A stretch of DNA of 64,000 bases from Lama guanicoe (Eukaryota): NCBI GenBank assembly GCA_013239625.1, contig MU054001.1, forward strand, positions 2,486,151 through 2,550,150, read 5' to 3'. Of the stretch, positions 51,005 to 64,000 are shown piece by piece. The position numbers and the translations under genes are program-made. The stretch's first letter is position 1, and the number at the start of each line of letters is the position of its first letter. The notes under the pieces are model-generated. The model was not told the origin of the DNA, searched no databases, and was given only the letters and a program-made list of their open reading frames with translations.

Positions 51005-51200
51005 AACATGTCTGATTAGAGCATAGGGGTAATGATAGCAAGGTCATGGTTTTCATCACACTGCGCCCAGGACCTAGTTAACATCACTCAGCCCATGGCC
51101 ACAGTTAGAGCCATGATCTTAGCACTATGTCTTGTGTATCTGTGCTGTTGTTCATGAAGGACACTGGCCAAGTGAGTAACTGATATAGCACACCCACAAG
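51005..51200 (+). mobile_element. MamSINE1-like ancient tRNA-derived SINE
   Basis: gattagagcataggggtaatgatagcaaggtcatggttttcatc resembles a decayed tRNA-Ile-like head; highly diverged. Confidence 0.4.
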
Positions 51201-52489
51201 ACCTGAGTTCTGTCCTAAGATGGTATATACGGTAAGCACAATGCCTCAATTAACCTGGCACAGATGCACTCAATAAATTGAATTCCTTTTCCAATCCTCT
51301 CCCTGCCTCATTCTCCCTGGCTCTAATGCTTATTTCTTTTGTGCTACTGGATAACTCATTTCCCTCTCTGAATCTCGCCTTTCTCATCTCTAGATAAAGG
51401 TTGGTTGGGGATGGCAAATTGTGTTAATCTCACATTCCAACTTGGATCCATTTTTAAGGAGCACTGAATGAAGGAGAATTATGGAGCTATATTCAGGCTC
51501 AAAATAAAAGAGTTTTGTGATTGATTGGTGATGTCTGCCAAGGCTGTAGGAAGAAAGAGTGTGTACGTGAAAATGCTATACACTGACCTGGTCGGTTTCT
51601 ATGTTTCTGCCATATTTAATGTTCTCTGATTATGTTTCAACAACTCATCATGCATGCAGGAAACCAATCTAAAATGCCCTTTAGGGGTGGATCAGTAGGT
51701 CATCTTTATATTTAAGAGCAGCATGTTGTTATGGCAACTTGAACAATTCAAGAACAATGCAAGGCTTGGCAGATGTAGGAAGGAGTGGGCCAGGCTCTCA
51801 GAGTCATTGCAAACCCTTTTCTCCTGTGACTCTGTTCTTGCCAGCTGTGTGGACCACAAAGACACTCTACCTTTCAGGTCTGCTATGGAAGAACAAATGA
51901 GTGGAGATCTGGGCCTCCGCGTGGTATGGGTGATGGGACACCCCCGCTGTGGTTAAAAGCGGTGAACAGCATGGGAAGCACAGAACAGGCGGGTGAAGGG
52001 TGACCTTTATCAGGCTCTGATTCACTTCTGCCCTCGACTCTTATCCTGGGCAGCACAGCCTTGGCTTGACTCATTACTATTTAAAGCTGAAGCCTCTTCT
52101 TTTCTCTTCATCTTTTTCAGTTCTCCCTTCCCATTATGGTCTCCTATATGGAATGAACAAAACTTTCTCTTCTCCACTGGGCTTTTTGGGGTTTCCAAAT
52201 TCTTCTCAGGTATGCTGTGGGGGAAGTTACAGACCTCTGAGCAAATCAACCAGCTTTTTCATTATTGGCCATGCCATGTTTCATTTTCTGAGGGTGAAAG
52301 TTTGGAATTATAAAGACTTTTTTCTTAGTATATTAAAGATACTAACCATTTGTGTGTCATATGTATATAATCACATATACATATTTTTCTCATATGTATA
52401 TATCATATATGCGCTATAGAGATGTTTTGCAAGGTTTTCCTAAAAGAATGTTTATCTTGTGATTTTGTAGACTGCATCTTGTGCATCAC

Positions 52490-53470
52490 CAAATTAGTAA
52501 TAAAAAAGACAAACAACTCAGAGTTATTTAGAGAAGAGGGGATCCAAAAGGCCCATAAGCATATGAAAAGATGCTCAACCTCACTACTAATCAGCAATAT
52601 TTCTAATTAAAAATATAATGCAAGCATTTCAAGTGCATTATCACCTAGCTCTGGTGATGTGCCAAGGAAAAGGAGGCACTCACGTATTGCTGATGGAGAT
52701 GGGAATTGTTGTAGCCTCTTGGAATGCAATCTGGCAACATCCCTTTAAAGTGAAACACATGGATATTTTGACCCTGCAATCCCATTCCTGGGAATATGGC
52801 TGCTAAAAAAGAAAAAAGAAAAGAAAAGACTAGTATAGTAATACCTTCTTTCTTTTAGCATTGTTTGTAGTGGGGTAAAAAAAAAGAGAAAAAGAAAATG
52901 AAGCAAACAAATATCAGGCAATAAAGGAATGGTTGAATGAAATGTGGCTCGTTCGCAGTATGTGGATTGTAATCAATAAAAATAATGACTTAAATCTGTA
53001 TCATTTAACCTGGGTGGATTTCCATAATGTATTGTTAAGTGAGAAAAGCTAGATACAGAGGTACGTATACAGTATAATGCCATTTTTATAATAGCAAGAA
53101 ACAACAATAACAATATAATTCTAAATATCCAAATTGATGCATATATATATTTGTTTGATAATGAGGAAATGTATGGAAACAAAGACACTAGCCCTATAAC
53201 ATCAGTTGCTGGGAGGTGGGGTGGAGGAATGAAAAGTGAGAAGAGAAGAAAAGGGGAAAGGGGGTAAACAAAACTAAATTGTAGAATAAGAAGAAAAATG
53301 TTGACAGTAAAACAGTATATATAATATGATTCCATTTATGAAAAACTATACGTGTTTGCTCTTGCTGAGAGATATATGAAAGCATGGTCATAGAAATGTT
53401 AACTGAGATTATCTCTGAGCAGTGAGATTTCAAGTTATGTTTACATTGTCTTCATACTTCTTGATTTTTT
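52490..53470 (+). mobile_element. Old LINE-1 (L1ME-like) 3' region
   Basis: ORF2 C-terminal-like IQKAHKHMKRCSTSLLI, followed by L1ME-type 3' UTR. Confidence 0.7.
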
Positions 53471-56400
53471 CCCATGATGTGGTCAAATAATGTCATCAGG
53501 ATTCATCTCTGAATTCTGCTTTCTGTTGGTTTTATTCTGTTTCTTTTCAAGTGATACTAATATGGCAAGAATGTCCAAACTATATTCTGTCACTTAAGGG
53601 ATCTCATTGCAAGAGCATCTTGTTTGTAACATTTCCAACAAAAAAGTTCATTGATCTGGCTTTGCATCGCAGTCTACTCCTGAGTCAATCACTGTTGCCA
53701 AGGCCAATCTGATTGGCTAAGTTTGTGTCACATAGAAAAACCTCCTGGACTGAGAGTGGGGAGAAGACAGTTTCCTAAAGGAAACTGTATGTACTCTTGC
53801 CAGAATATGGGTAAATTATAGGAAGTTATTATCAGAATATTTTCATTCTAAAAGGGGAGGGGGAAAGAGTTGGACAACAGTATAAAGTACTGTGGTGAGA
53901 AAAATGAACAACAATTAGAGAACACAGCAGGAACCCTAAAATTTAGCTAAGTGCAAAGGAGAGGAGGTAAGCCTTTCCAGAGAAAGAGGCAGTTAAGCTA
54001 AAATATTCTGATTGAAGGTTTACATTTCTCCCTATACTGATGAGAGATTTAGTTGCACACAACAGATCCACTCTGATATATGATTCAAGGTATTTAAGGT
54101 CTAGGAGAGTTGAGGAATCAAGCTTGGATGCTACATACTGGGAGAAATGCCCAACCCTACGAAGTGGTTATTCCAGCTGGAACCCTGCATCTGTCCCCAC
54201 TCTAGGCTCCACACCCATGAAGCTAGGGAGTGAGTGTGGGAAACACTGACACAACTACCACAGAAGAATGAAACACACTATGCATGTCAGAAGAGGCATA
54301 TGTCCTCAGCCTTGTGATATTTGCTTCATATTTCTAATTTCAAACGGACAGATCTATTTGATGAAGGGAGACTACTTGCAGAACCATAGCTGCAAGACAG
54401 TCTGGGAAATACTGTCTTTAGCTTTGTAGCTCCTACTGTGAAGAAGAAATGCAAGAAGGAGTTTGTAATAGTAGCAGGTGAGCCATTCTGCATTTTCTGT
54501 CATATTCTAATCCACGGGTTACTCAAAAGCATGCCTGCTCTTCTTATTCCACTTAAACTTCCAGAAAATAAAGAGTATCAGTAACATGCTCTTGCTTAAT
54601 ATAATGAAGCTTACCTCTTGAACAAGCCAATAAAAAAGCTCACCTTCCTTTCCAAAAGGGAAGATCCAATTCTTCTCAGTCATCGCATCCATCTCTGAGT
54701 GATGCCACATTATTTTTCTGATCACAATCCTATCTTGATACTTGCAAGCTGTAATTTGACTTGTAAAGGTAATTACTATGAATACTCACCATATGAAACA
54801 ATAGGGAAAATAAAATTAATTAATATAAATAAATATATAGACACTAGAGCAAGGAAAAATACAGGTAGCTTCTTCAGTCTTTGTTTCTGCAATGTGTCAA
54901 GAGTTCATAGTTAAAATTTAAAACTTCTTTCTTCTGCATCCCAGTCCACATTCTCTTATTGGGGTTCCTCTGCTGGGTCATTCATTTCTAGGGGTTTGAG
55001 CCTTAGTACTGAAAATGTTGGTGTTTCTGTCATCTCTCATTAAAGTTTTATCAGTGGAAATGGTAGTACTAGGAAACTTGGGGTTCCTCTCGTACTTTTC
55101 CTCACTCTCATTATATAGCAAAAGATTCGCTTTTTCCTTCATAGTAAGGACTGATCATCTTAGCCAACACTTTCTTTTGAGGAGCATTAAGTGGCCAACA
55201 GGAAGTCTCAACTTCATATTTAATGGAACAGGCGTGTCCTTTGTGGAAGATAATATTTCGCCCTAAAGTATCAAGACCACTTTGTCAGCAAAGTCCAGAA
55301 TTATGGAAATAAAAAGGAAAATTTTTAAGGGTTATTAGTTGTGGTCGTGAGAGAGGCTACTCACCGTCCTGTCCGTGTTTCCTTCTCCCTTCTATTCTGG
55401 CTCTGAGAGAAATGGCACCGTAATATTGGTCTCTGGGTTGTTCAGAGTGTATATTACATGCTATAGGACAATTATCTGATCTCTCAAGATGTTATCTCCA
55501 ACAGCTGATAATTCAGTAGGTCACTCCATCATTCTGTAAGACCAGTTCCTATGGATAATGTGGTACATGGAAAGACAAGTAAACCCTCATGAACAATAGG
55601 CACTGCCTTACTTCTTTTGTTGTTAAATGAAGAGGCAATGTTGTGTGTGATACTATGATCATAAACAAAGCATTTAGTGATTCTATGCCTGACGGGACTG
55701 TGAACAAGGTGAGACATGGTGAACAGGGAATACAAAATCAAATAGAGAACAAGTGTTTACTCCAGTAAGAACAAATTTCTGTCCCTTCATGAAGAAAGGG
55801 TTCCAGTGTAATCAGTTGCTGCCATATAGGTCTGGTCCTCAGAAGATGATGCAGTATTCAAAACTCTGGTGCACTGAGTGATGGTGATAGCCAGAATTAA
55901 TTTTATTATTGAAACTGTGCATTACTTCTGTCTTTGCCACTGTGACCATGTTGTCCGTGAACCCATTCACTAGGGCATCTGAAAAAAAATTGACAGACTT
56001 CCACAGGGATATGATTTGCAAACTGATTATTGAGAACTTCCTGCATAATGGGGTTCTTTTCTGAGCACTCACATGGGACACAAGTACTCTCATATTCTGA
56101 GCCCATTTAGAATCACCCAACCTTTATTAAAAGCTCCTTGTTACCAGTCCTCTAATTTTATTCTTTCCAAATGCCTAGACATCGCATCATAAGACTGACT
56201 GCTTAAAATCCTACCTACTGGAAAATTCTCCCTTTCTCCATTGTCCTTTAAGGCCATTCTTGAGTGGGGGCTGAAATAGTGCAGCGATCCATTTCTCACT
56301 GGCACCATAAATCAGGCCTGATTTTCCTCTTCAGTCAACTGATCATGAGGACTCCTCATGAGTCCTGGGACTGCAATGTGGCAAGAATATCTATGCTGGG

Positions 56401-58574
56401 AGTGCAAATAACTTACACCTTAAAGATCTACTCAAGCCCAATTCTATATATACCATATCTCAGTGATGACGGACTGCTGCAGGGCCTGCCTGACTTTATG
56501 GTTTGGTAAATCAGACAACTTCCACTTTATGATGGCCAGTTCAATTTTCACAGCTTCCTGGCATTTAGGTACTTTGAGAAAGAGCTGTTTCTTCAAAGGA
56601 GAAAAGAACATGCTTTTTCTGAAGAAAAAAAAAAGCATGGCTTTACTGTGAACCCTAAGGGCTGCAACTAGAATTCTCCTAACATTTCTTGCCTCAAGTC
56701 TCTTACAGTGCCTGGATCAATCACAAATCAAACACCATTGGATCTGAGGTATCATAAAGGCCAACTGGCTGAGCTGGTCCAGCTGGAGAGCCTTCTCTTA
56801 CTCTCTTTCTCTAAATTGGTGGCCTTATGTGTTACTTAATAATTACTTTTGATATTTTCTGTTAATGGGGATAGAGAAAAATGCATTAGACAGATCAATA
56901 GCTGCACACTGGATGCCAGAGGCTGTATTGATTTGCTCCACTAAGAAGACTACATCTGGAATAGTAGCTGCCATTGAAGCCAACACCTAACTACCCTCAG
57001 AATAAGCCACGGTAATTCTCCAAGATCCATTCAACTTCTGCAACAGATTAAATAGGCATGCCAAATGGGATTGTGATAGGGTTGATCTTCCAAGACTTGG
57101 CTGGTGGCACTAATTTTTGTATTCCTGTTGGGATTAGTATTGTTTTGGGTTTACTGTTTTTGTATGAAAGACAGCTGTAGGAGCTTCCCTTCAATCTTTT
57201 TCTCGTCAACCTCTCACTCCATAGGTGTGAGAAAATTCCTACTATGAACTCAGGAACTGGTGAAATAACCAACATGGTTTTTTGTATCCATTGAACCTAC
57301 TCTTAGATGACTGAGGCCTAAACTCTACAAGCCCCACTCCAACCCTTGGTCCACAGTTGTGCTGTGAGGTCCCAGAAATTAGTAATAATTCAGAATAATT
57401 CGGTCCAATGATGTCACAAAAGTCTGTGTATCTCCCCTTACCCACTGCACAGTTATAATGGCAAAGAGTCACAGTTTCCTTTGGGGAAGGAAATAATACA
57501 CTTGTGATACTATTGCAGGCTCCTTTCTCAGGGGTACTAAGATTCTCCTTCTGTTCAAGGGATTCTGGGTCAATTCAGTTGGGTCAGAACCATGATCCTC
57601 TTCCATGTTGACGCAAGTCAAGCTTCTATTTACCAGATCTAGAGTTTTTTGATTATATAGTTTAAGTGGGACCTTAGTTAACTGTCTTAAGGACCCCATG
57701 ACAGATCTTTATGGGTTAAACCATTCTGATCATCCTTCCAGCCATGCTGCCTATTACGGTAATCATTCTCACTTTTCCACTGGCTCAATCCCACTGAAAT
57801 CAGAAGGCCCTTTTCAATGTCAGCATCTTGCATCTTTACTTCTTGCTTAGAGTATAGCCACTGTTTTTCAAAGATTCTACCACTCCTATCATCAGTGCAT
57901 TTATCAATGCTTTGGTAAGGGAGTGTTTTTGAACCCTGTCAAAGGTGGGTGGATGAATGGAATATAAAAAATCTACTCCAACATCCTTTCTCCCTGCATC
58001 TTTGTCATCTTCATTATACCAAGGAATTACATGAATATTGACTTTATTTACAGTAGGCCAGCACAGAGTCAAGACTTCTAACCATTTGGAACTACTCCCA
58101 GCTGCCTGAATGAGCCCATTGATTTCAGTATCCTGAATAAACCCATATCACTAAATTCAGCCTTATTCACGGTTATGTTACCTACTCTTTAATCCCACAT
58201 ATGTTTCCTGGGTTGTGCTGACATAATTTAGCAAAATCTTGTAGTTCTTTTAGCATACCCCCCGTCTTTTCTGGTTTTACTCTGTAACTGATGTCCCAGG
58301 GAAGGTTGGGCTCTCACTCTAGTTTTAAGCCTGGAGCCTCTGAGAGATAGTACATTGAGTCAAGAGCATCGTTGGATTTCTGTGATAGTAACTACCTTAG
58401 GTGATGCCTTTTTTTTTTGGTTGTTTTAGCAGGCAGGGCCAGCTTCATTAGACAGCAAAAGAGGGGCTGCTTCTGTTGGCAATGGAAGGTCAGATTTAAA
58501 AAGTTATAGATCCTCAGAAGCATTCACATCCTCTCAGCTGTCACCATTCTTCTTCTCAACATCCTGTTCTTTTC

Positions 58575-59527
58575 TTTTTTCGAAAACATTTTAAATTGAG
58601 TTATAATCATTTTATAATGTGTCAAATTCCAGTGTAGAATACAATTTTTCAGTTATACATGAACATATTTATATATTCATTGTCACATTTTTTTCTCTGT
58701 GAGCTACCATAAGATCTTGTATATATTTCCCTGTGCTATACAGTGTAATCTTGTTTATCTATTCTACATTTTGAACTCCCAGTCTATCCCTTCCCACCCC
58801 CGCCCCCTTGGCAACCACAAGTTTGTATTCTGTGTCTATGAGTCTGTTTCTGTTTTGTATGTATGTATGTATGTATGTATGTATGTATGTATGTATGTAT
58901 TTTTATATTCCACATATTAGAAATCTCATATGGTATTTTTCTTCCTCTTTCTGGCTTATTTCACTTAGAATGACATTCTCCAGGAACATCCATGTTGCTG
59001 CAAATGGCATTATGTTGTCATTTTTATGGCTGAATAGTATTCCATCATATAAATATACCAAATCTTCTTTATCCAGTCATCTGTTGACTGACATTTAGGC
59101 TGTTTCCATGTCTTGGCTATTGTAAATAGTGCTGCTATGAACATTGGGGTGCAGGTGTCATTTTGAAGTAGGGTTCCAAACAACCCAATCCAAAAATGGG
59201 CAAAAGACCCAAACAAGCAATTCTCCAAGGAGGAAATACAAATGATTAACAGGCACATGAAAAAATCTTCAATATCACTAATTATCAGAGAAATGCAAAT
59301 CGAAACTACCATGAAGTATCACCTCACACCAGTCAGAATAGCCATCATTCAAAAATCCACAAATGACAAGTGCTGGAGAGGCTGTGGAGAAAAGGGAACC
59401 CTTCTACACTGCTGTTAGGAATGCAGTTTGATGCAGCCACTCTGGAAAACAGTATGGAGATTCCTCAAAAGACTAGGAATAGTCTTACCATATGACCCAG
59501 GAACCCCGCTCCTGGGCATATATCCAG
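58575..59527 (-). mobile_element. Young LINE-1 with 5' inversion
   Basis: Antisense 3' end at 58575-59177, sense ORF2 C-terminal piece at 59178-59527, perfect 17-bp TSD aacatcctgttcttttc (58558-58574 / 59528-59544). Confidence 0.9.
58857..58900. repeat. (TATG)n tetranucleotide repeat inside the L1
   Basis: Direct reading. Confidence 0.95.
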
Positions 59528-59777
59528 AACATCCTGTTCTTTTCGAATCATTTCTCTAATTTGTACACAAGAAATCCAATGAGGCTGTTTGATCAATCTA
59601 TGTTGAAGTTTGAGAAACCCCTAGGATCAGACCTGGCATCATACTTTTGTAGCCACCATCTTTTAGGTGAGTCACAGAAACTGTGATTCTCTAAGTATGC
59701 CTTAAATAGAGAATTTAAATCTTGAATTTGTCATTTTATTATTTAAACTTGCTAGTGCAGTTAGAATTAGCCAACAT

Positions 59778-60265
59778 TGTGGTAATCTATCACTGTGCCA
59801 CAAAACACTCCAAAAGTTTAGTGGCTTACAACAATAACCCATTATTATTTCTCACTCACAGTTTTGAGGATTGACTGGATGTAGTGTTGACTACTGGGAC
59901 AACAATCAGGGTCACCGGGGGCTGGAATAGTCAAGACAGATGACAAAAATGGCTAGCAGTAGATGAATGTTGGTTGAAGACTCAGCCAGGGTTGTCAGCT
60001 GAGGACACCTTGGTTCTACTTCCTGTACCTTTTCTTTGTGGTTGCTTGGGTTTCCCCACACATGGTGGCTGCATCCCAAAAGGGAATGTTCTAAGAGGCA
60101 AAGGCAGATATCGCAGATCTAAGGTCCAGCCTCTGATGTTATACAGGGTTAATTTTGCTACATTTCTAATCATTGAATCCAATAACAGTGACAACTGAAG
60201 TTCAAGGGAGGGAGGGAACAGATGGGTAAGTCAGAGAATTTGTGACCATCTTTCATCCACCGTAT
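59778..60265 (-). mobile_element. MLT1 LTR inserted in the ERVL
   Basis: aaaacactccaaaagtttagtggcttacaacaataa...tttctcactcacag...gccatc-like end. Confidence 0.65.
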
Positions 60266-60861
60266 CAATTCACTTCCCATCTTTTTATTCCTTGTGCCTT
60301 GTAATAGTCCATAGCAGCAGCCACTTAATCCTCCAACAGCTTACAAAAGTCCCATCTTCTAATGCTAACTGGATCTGCATTGATTTCAAACTCAACTAGG
60401 TCCTAATCAATCTCATATTCCCCATTTTCTTGAAGATTGATTACCTATAATCATTGACTGTATTACTTACAGTCTTTAATTGCAGACAAAATAATGCACT
60501 CCTGCTAGTTTAAACAGAAAAGGATTTATGACAGGTCATTAAGTCACTCACAAGAATTTCTAGGAGAGCCAGAGAAAGAAAATTGAACACTACACAGCTA
60601 GAAGCAGAGGAGCCAAGAGAAAAGCCAATCACATGTGGGATACTCCCAGTGAAAACCTTGATGCTTCTGTCTAACACTTGACACTCAGAAAGCAGAACTA
60701 GCATCACAGCCTTGGCAGAAAAACTAAACACCCCTTCCAGTCAGCTTGTGGGAGGACTTTACAACTGTGGCCTCATGGATCTTCTGCTTTCCAGCTGAGT
60801 ACCCTTGGAACTCTAGCTGAGTTGTACCCTGAGCTATACCCTCCCTCCTGCACAATTTTGA

Positions 60862-61075
60862 TTCTATTGACATTTTAGACTAGATACTTTGTTTGGTGAT
60901 GGGGAGAATCTTGCACATGATAGGACATTTAGCAACATCCCTGGCCTCTATATACTGGATGCCAGTAGCACAGGCCTACATCTCTCCTCTCTCCTCCAGT
61001 GATACAACAAAAATTGTTTCCAGTTATTGCCAATAGCCCCTGGGGGGCAAAACTGCCTCTCATTAAGATGTCCTA
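60862..61075. mobile_element. MER20
   Basis: ctattgacattttagactagata...taggacatttagcaacatccctggcctcta...gatgccagtagcac...ccctggggggcaaaac. Confidence 0.8.
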
Positions 61076-62169
61076 CTCTAGGGTAATAAAGGCATCACAG
61101 AATGGTGTGGGAATGGGACTAAATAAACTGCCACACTCCACGAAATAGATTGATGGGAGGTTAGTGTAGAAGCAAAAGAAATTCTTTGCTATCTCAAGGA
61201 TCATGAGACAAAAGTATCATTTTAGATATACTAATACTTATTTAGATATACTGAACTCAAAGTGGATTGAAAGGTCTAACTAAATAGTGGTGACTGAGAT
61301 AAATGTGAATATAAGGCCATTTTTTTCCAATAATGTTGACAATTAGCATTTGGAACAAGAGAAGCTCTTTCAACATGGTTGCCCTCAGATAAACTCACTT
61401 TAGAGCCCCTTCTTTGCTTGAGGTTCTGTCAACTTGGCAGGAATGATTCTTACTATGTGTGTCAGTGCAGAGTGCCATTAATCTGCCGGCATTTCTCTTC
61501 ATTTAACTGTCTTGAAAAACCTGAGTCCGTAAATATACTATTGATATCAGAGTCATCAGACAATTTTCTGCTCTCCATTCCTCATACTTTTATTTCTTGA
61601 ATCCAGGTTCTATTGGAGGTATTTTTAACAAGTAGCAATAGGAAACTAGTGGACTAGAGGAGGGAGGGAAGTGTCTGCACATCATTGTGGATGAAGAGTT
61701 TCCATTCTGTGCAGCTGTAAGGACGTCAGTCCCATGGGAAATCCCTTTTGATACAGGAATCCCTAGAGAGACAGACATAGAAGAGAGAGAAATGTTATGT
61801 TGTGTCATAGCAGATGGTGAGAATGCAGTTGGTCAGCCAGCTCTAATCTTTACATTAAAGCAAGTATTGTTGTGGGATAGGAAATTGAGTTAGCAAGCTT
61901 CATATGCTCCTTCTTGATACATTGGTCGGTGCTGGTATATTTATTAGGGACTTAACATGAATTCAGTCCTATGAAAAATAAAAGAAGAGTAGAAGACATT
62001 GTCCTGCCATTAACAACCATTACTGGTTATTCAATTATATCAATTATTGCCTACATTTAGTGAGAATTCACAACATACCCATTGGTTTATATACTTACTT
62101 CATTAAATGCTTGAAATAATCCTATAGGGTATATACTTTCATTATTTCCATTTTGCTCAGCCCTCATAC

Positions 62170-63075
62170 TGTGTTGCAACAGGAGGGCTTCCTGCTTTAA
62201 AAAAGAAAGTGGATTAAATAGAATATAGAGCCTCATAATATAATATCCAAATTTCTCAGAATACAATTTAAAAAAATCACTGCTCATACCAAGAACAAGA
62301 AAAATCACAACCTGTGTGGGAAAAGACAACCAATCAATCGATGCCAATACTATGATAAACCAGAATTATCTGACAAGGATTTTTAAAGCAACCATCTTAA
62401 AAATGCTTCAATAGCAATTATGACTTCTCTTGGCACAAATCCAAAAATATGAAATCTCAACAAAAAACAGCTGTTATAAAAAAAACAAAATGGAAATTAC
62501 AGAACTGAAAAATAAAATCAGTAAAATAAAAAATTCACTGGATGGGCTCAATGTAGAGCGGAGATCACAGAGGATAGAATCAGTAAACTTGAGGACAGAA
62601 TAATAGAGTTTACCCAATTTAAACAATAGAGAGAAAGTAGACTGAAAGAAAAATGAACAGGGTCTCAGGAAACTGTGGAACAAGAAAGAGCTGACGTTTG
62701 TATCATCGGAGTCCCAGAGAAAGAGGAAAGATAGAATTGTATTGAAATAGTCAAAGAAACAGTAATAGAAAACTTTCTAAATTTGGCAAAATCATGAACC
62801 TACATATTCAAGAAACTGAGTGAATCTCAAATGGGATAAGTACAGATAAATGCAAAGAAGTCCATGCCAAGACCATAATTAAACTTCTGAAAACTAAAGA
62901 AAAAGTAAATATCTTGAAGGCAGTCACAGAGAAACAAGGCATAGCTTATAGGGGAACACCAAGTTGAATGGCAGTGGATTTGTTATTTGAAACCATGGAA
63001 GCAAGAAAAATGTCATGACATTTTAAAAATATTGAAATAAAATAACTGTCAACCATGAATTCTAAATCCAGAAAA
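62170..63075 (+). mobile_element. Old LINE-1 5'/ORF1-region fragment
   Basis: aattcactggatgggctcaa...gaggatagaatcagtaaacttgaggacaga...ggagtcccagagaaagagga...gaaaccatggaagcaagaa, an A-rich ORF1-type sequence. Confidence 0.75.
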
Positions 63076-64000
63076 CGACATGGTCTTAGAGAATGGGAAG
63101 GGAAGTTACACACAAATGGCTCTAACAGTAGAAGGGACGATGGCTACTAGGGAGACTCAAAGAACACATGTTGCCCAAAAATATAATCAGTAATTAAAGT
63201 CATTTTCCAAGTCAACCAAAATATTTTTGCTTTTTTCTTTTTCACTTTTGTGATTGACTGTTTCTGTATTCTTTTAGAAAAAAATATTGGATGTCTTCCA
63301 CCACTGACAAATCTCAAAACATTTACCATTCTGTGTTTCTCTTCCCAGTGTGTGAAATTATCTTCTTTGCTACTACTAGGGAGTAGTTTCTGACTAGATT
63401 GAGTAGGCAAGACTGAATTGGGAATTAGCGTCTCTTTGGGGCAACATCTATGGCACTCTCGGGTGAAATCCTTGCCCTGTCTTTGCTTTGGCCACCAGGG
63501 ATTGCATTAGCAAACCAAGTTTCTCTGAAAGAGAGATTGGATTGAATCGGATCAGATATTCATCATGATGACCCCAAATTCTTATCAAGATTAGATCTTT
63601 GGCATTCAATGGGAGTAGGTATTTGTCTGTTGGAGACAATGGCTCTTCTGACCTCCCCTCCCCATGCAAGAACTTTAACAGACAGAAAACAGAGATGAAG
63701 AAGAGTAGAAGCAGCAATAAGGAAAGATAGGAAGCTCTGCCATTTGAGCTTAGATTAAAAGGCTCCATCAACGCCTGGATTCTGTTCATGCAAGTCTCTA
63801 AGCACCTTTAACCATTCTAAATTTTATTTGGTGAACTTTGTTTCATATAATATTCTCATCTTCCTTAAACAGATTGGCCGTGTATGATTGTACCCATTCC
63901 TTAGATGAGAAGATCATTGCACAGATTTCACATGGTACAGCTAACTGGCATCTAGAACTTGAAGCTATTTTAGTACTTATTGGTGTACCACAGACTTTTG

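Larger units (their letters stand above)
54510..60440 (-). mobile_element. Decayed ERVL (class III) internal region (gag/pol remnants), interrupted by L1 and MLT1
   Basis: Minus-strand peptides WAQNMRVLVSHVSAQKR, EVLNNQ...EWVHGQHGHSGKD (RNase H / IN N-terminus) and VISPVPEFIVGI resemble ERVL Pol; boundaries approximate. Confidence 0.75.

Noticed and set aside
1..64000. CRISPR arrays, operons or other prokaryotic systems
   Set aside because: The sequence is clearly mammalian (L1, L2, MIR, ERV); no repeat-spacer arrays or gene-dense regions were seen.

Overview
Mammalian, repeat-rich non-coding DNA (intergenic or intronic), most likely camelid: it carries a tRNA-Ala-derived Vic-1-type SINE and artiodactyl-type L1 3' ends. 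I can support no intact protein-coding gene; most ORF-track entries are chance ORFs or repeat remnants. The background is L1, L2, MIR, MLT1/MaLR, hAT MITEs, a decayed ERVL provirus (~54.5-60.4 kb) and several repeat-free, homeodomain-motif-rich blocks that look like conserved enhancers. The highlight is at 31.67-36.67 kb. A deleted class I (ERV1/gammaretrovirus-like) provirus (TG...CA ends, 4-bp TSD AGAG) sits inside an older MER34-like solo LTR. Inside its gag gene is an intronless, circularly permuted copy of part of SLC18B1. The C-terminal block (approx. exons 7-9) comes first and is joined to the start of exon 2 at what looks like an exact back-splice junction (35274/35275). Exons 2-6 follow and the copy ends where it began, with CAGGGAAA repeated at both ends and no poly(A). 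This is the structure expected for one full lap of a circular RNA copied into a retroviral genome by RT template switching. Exon numbering and repeat family names are from memory and need database confirmation.
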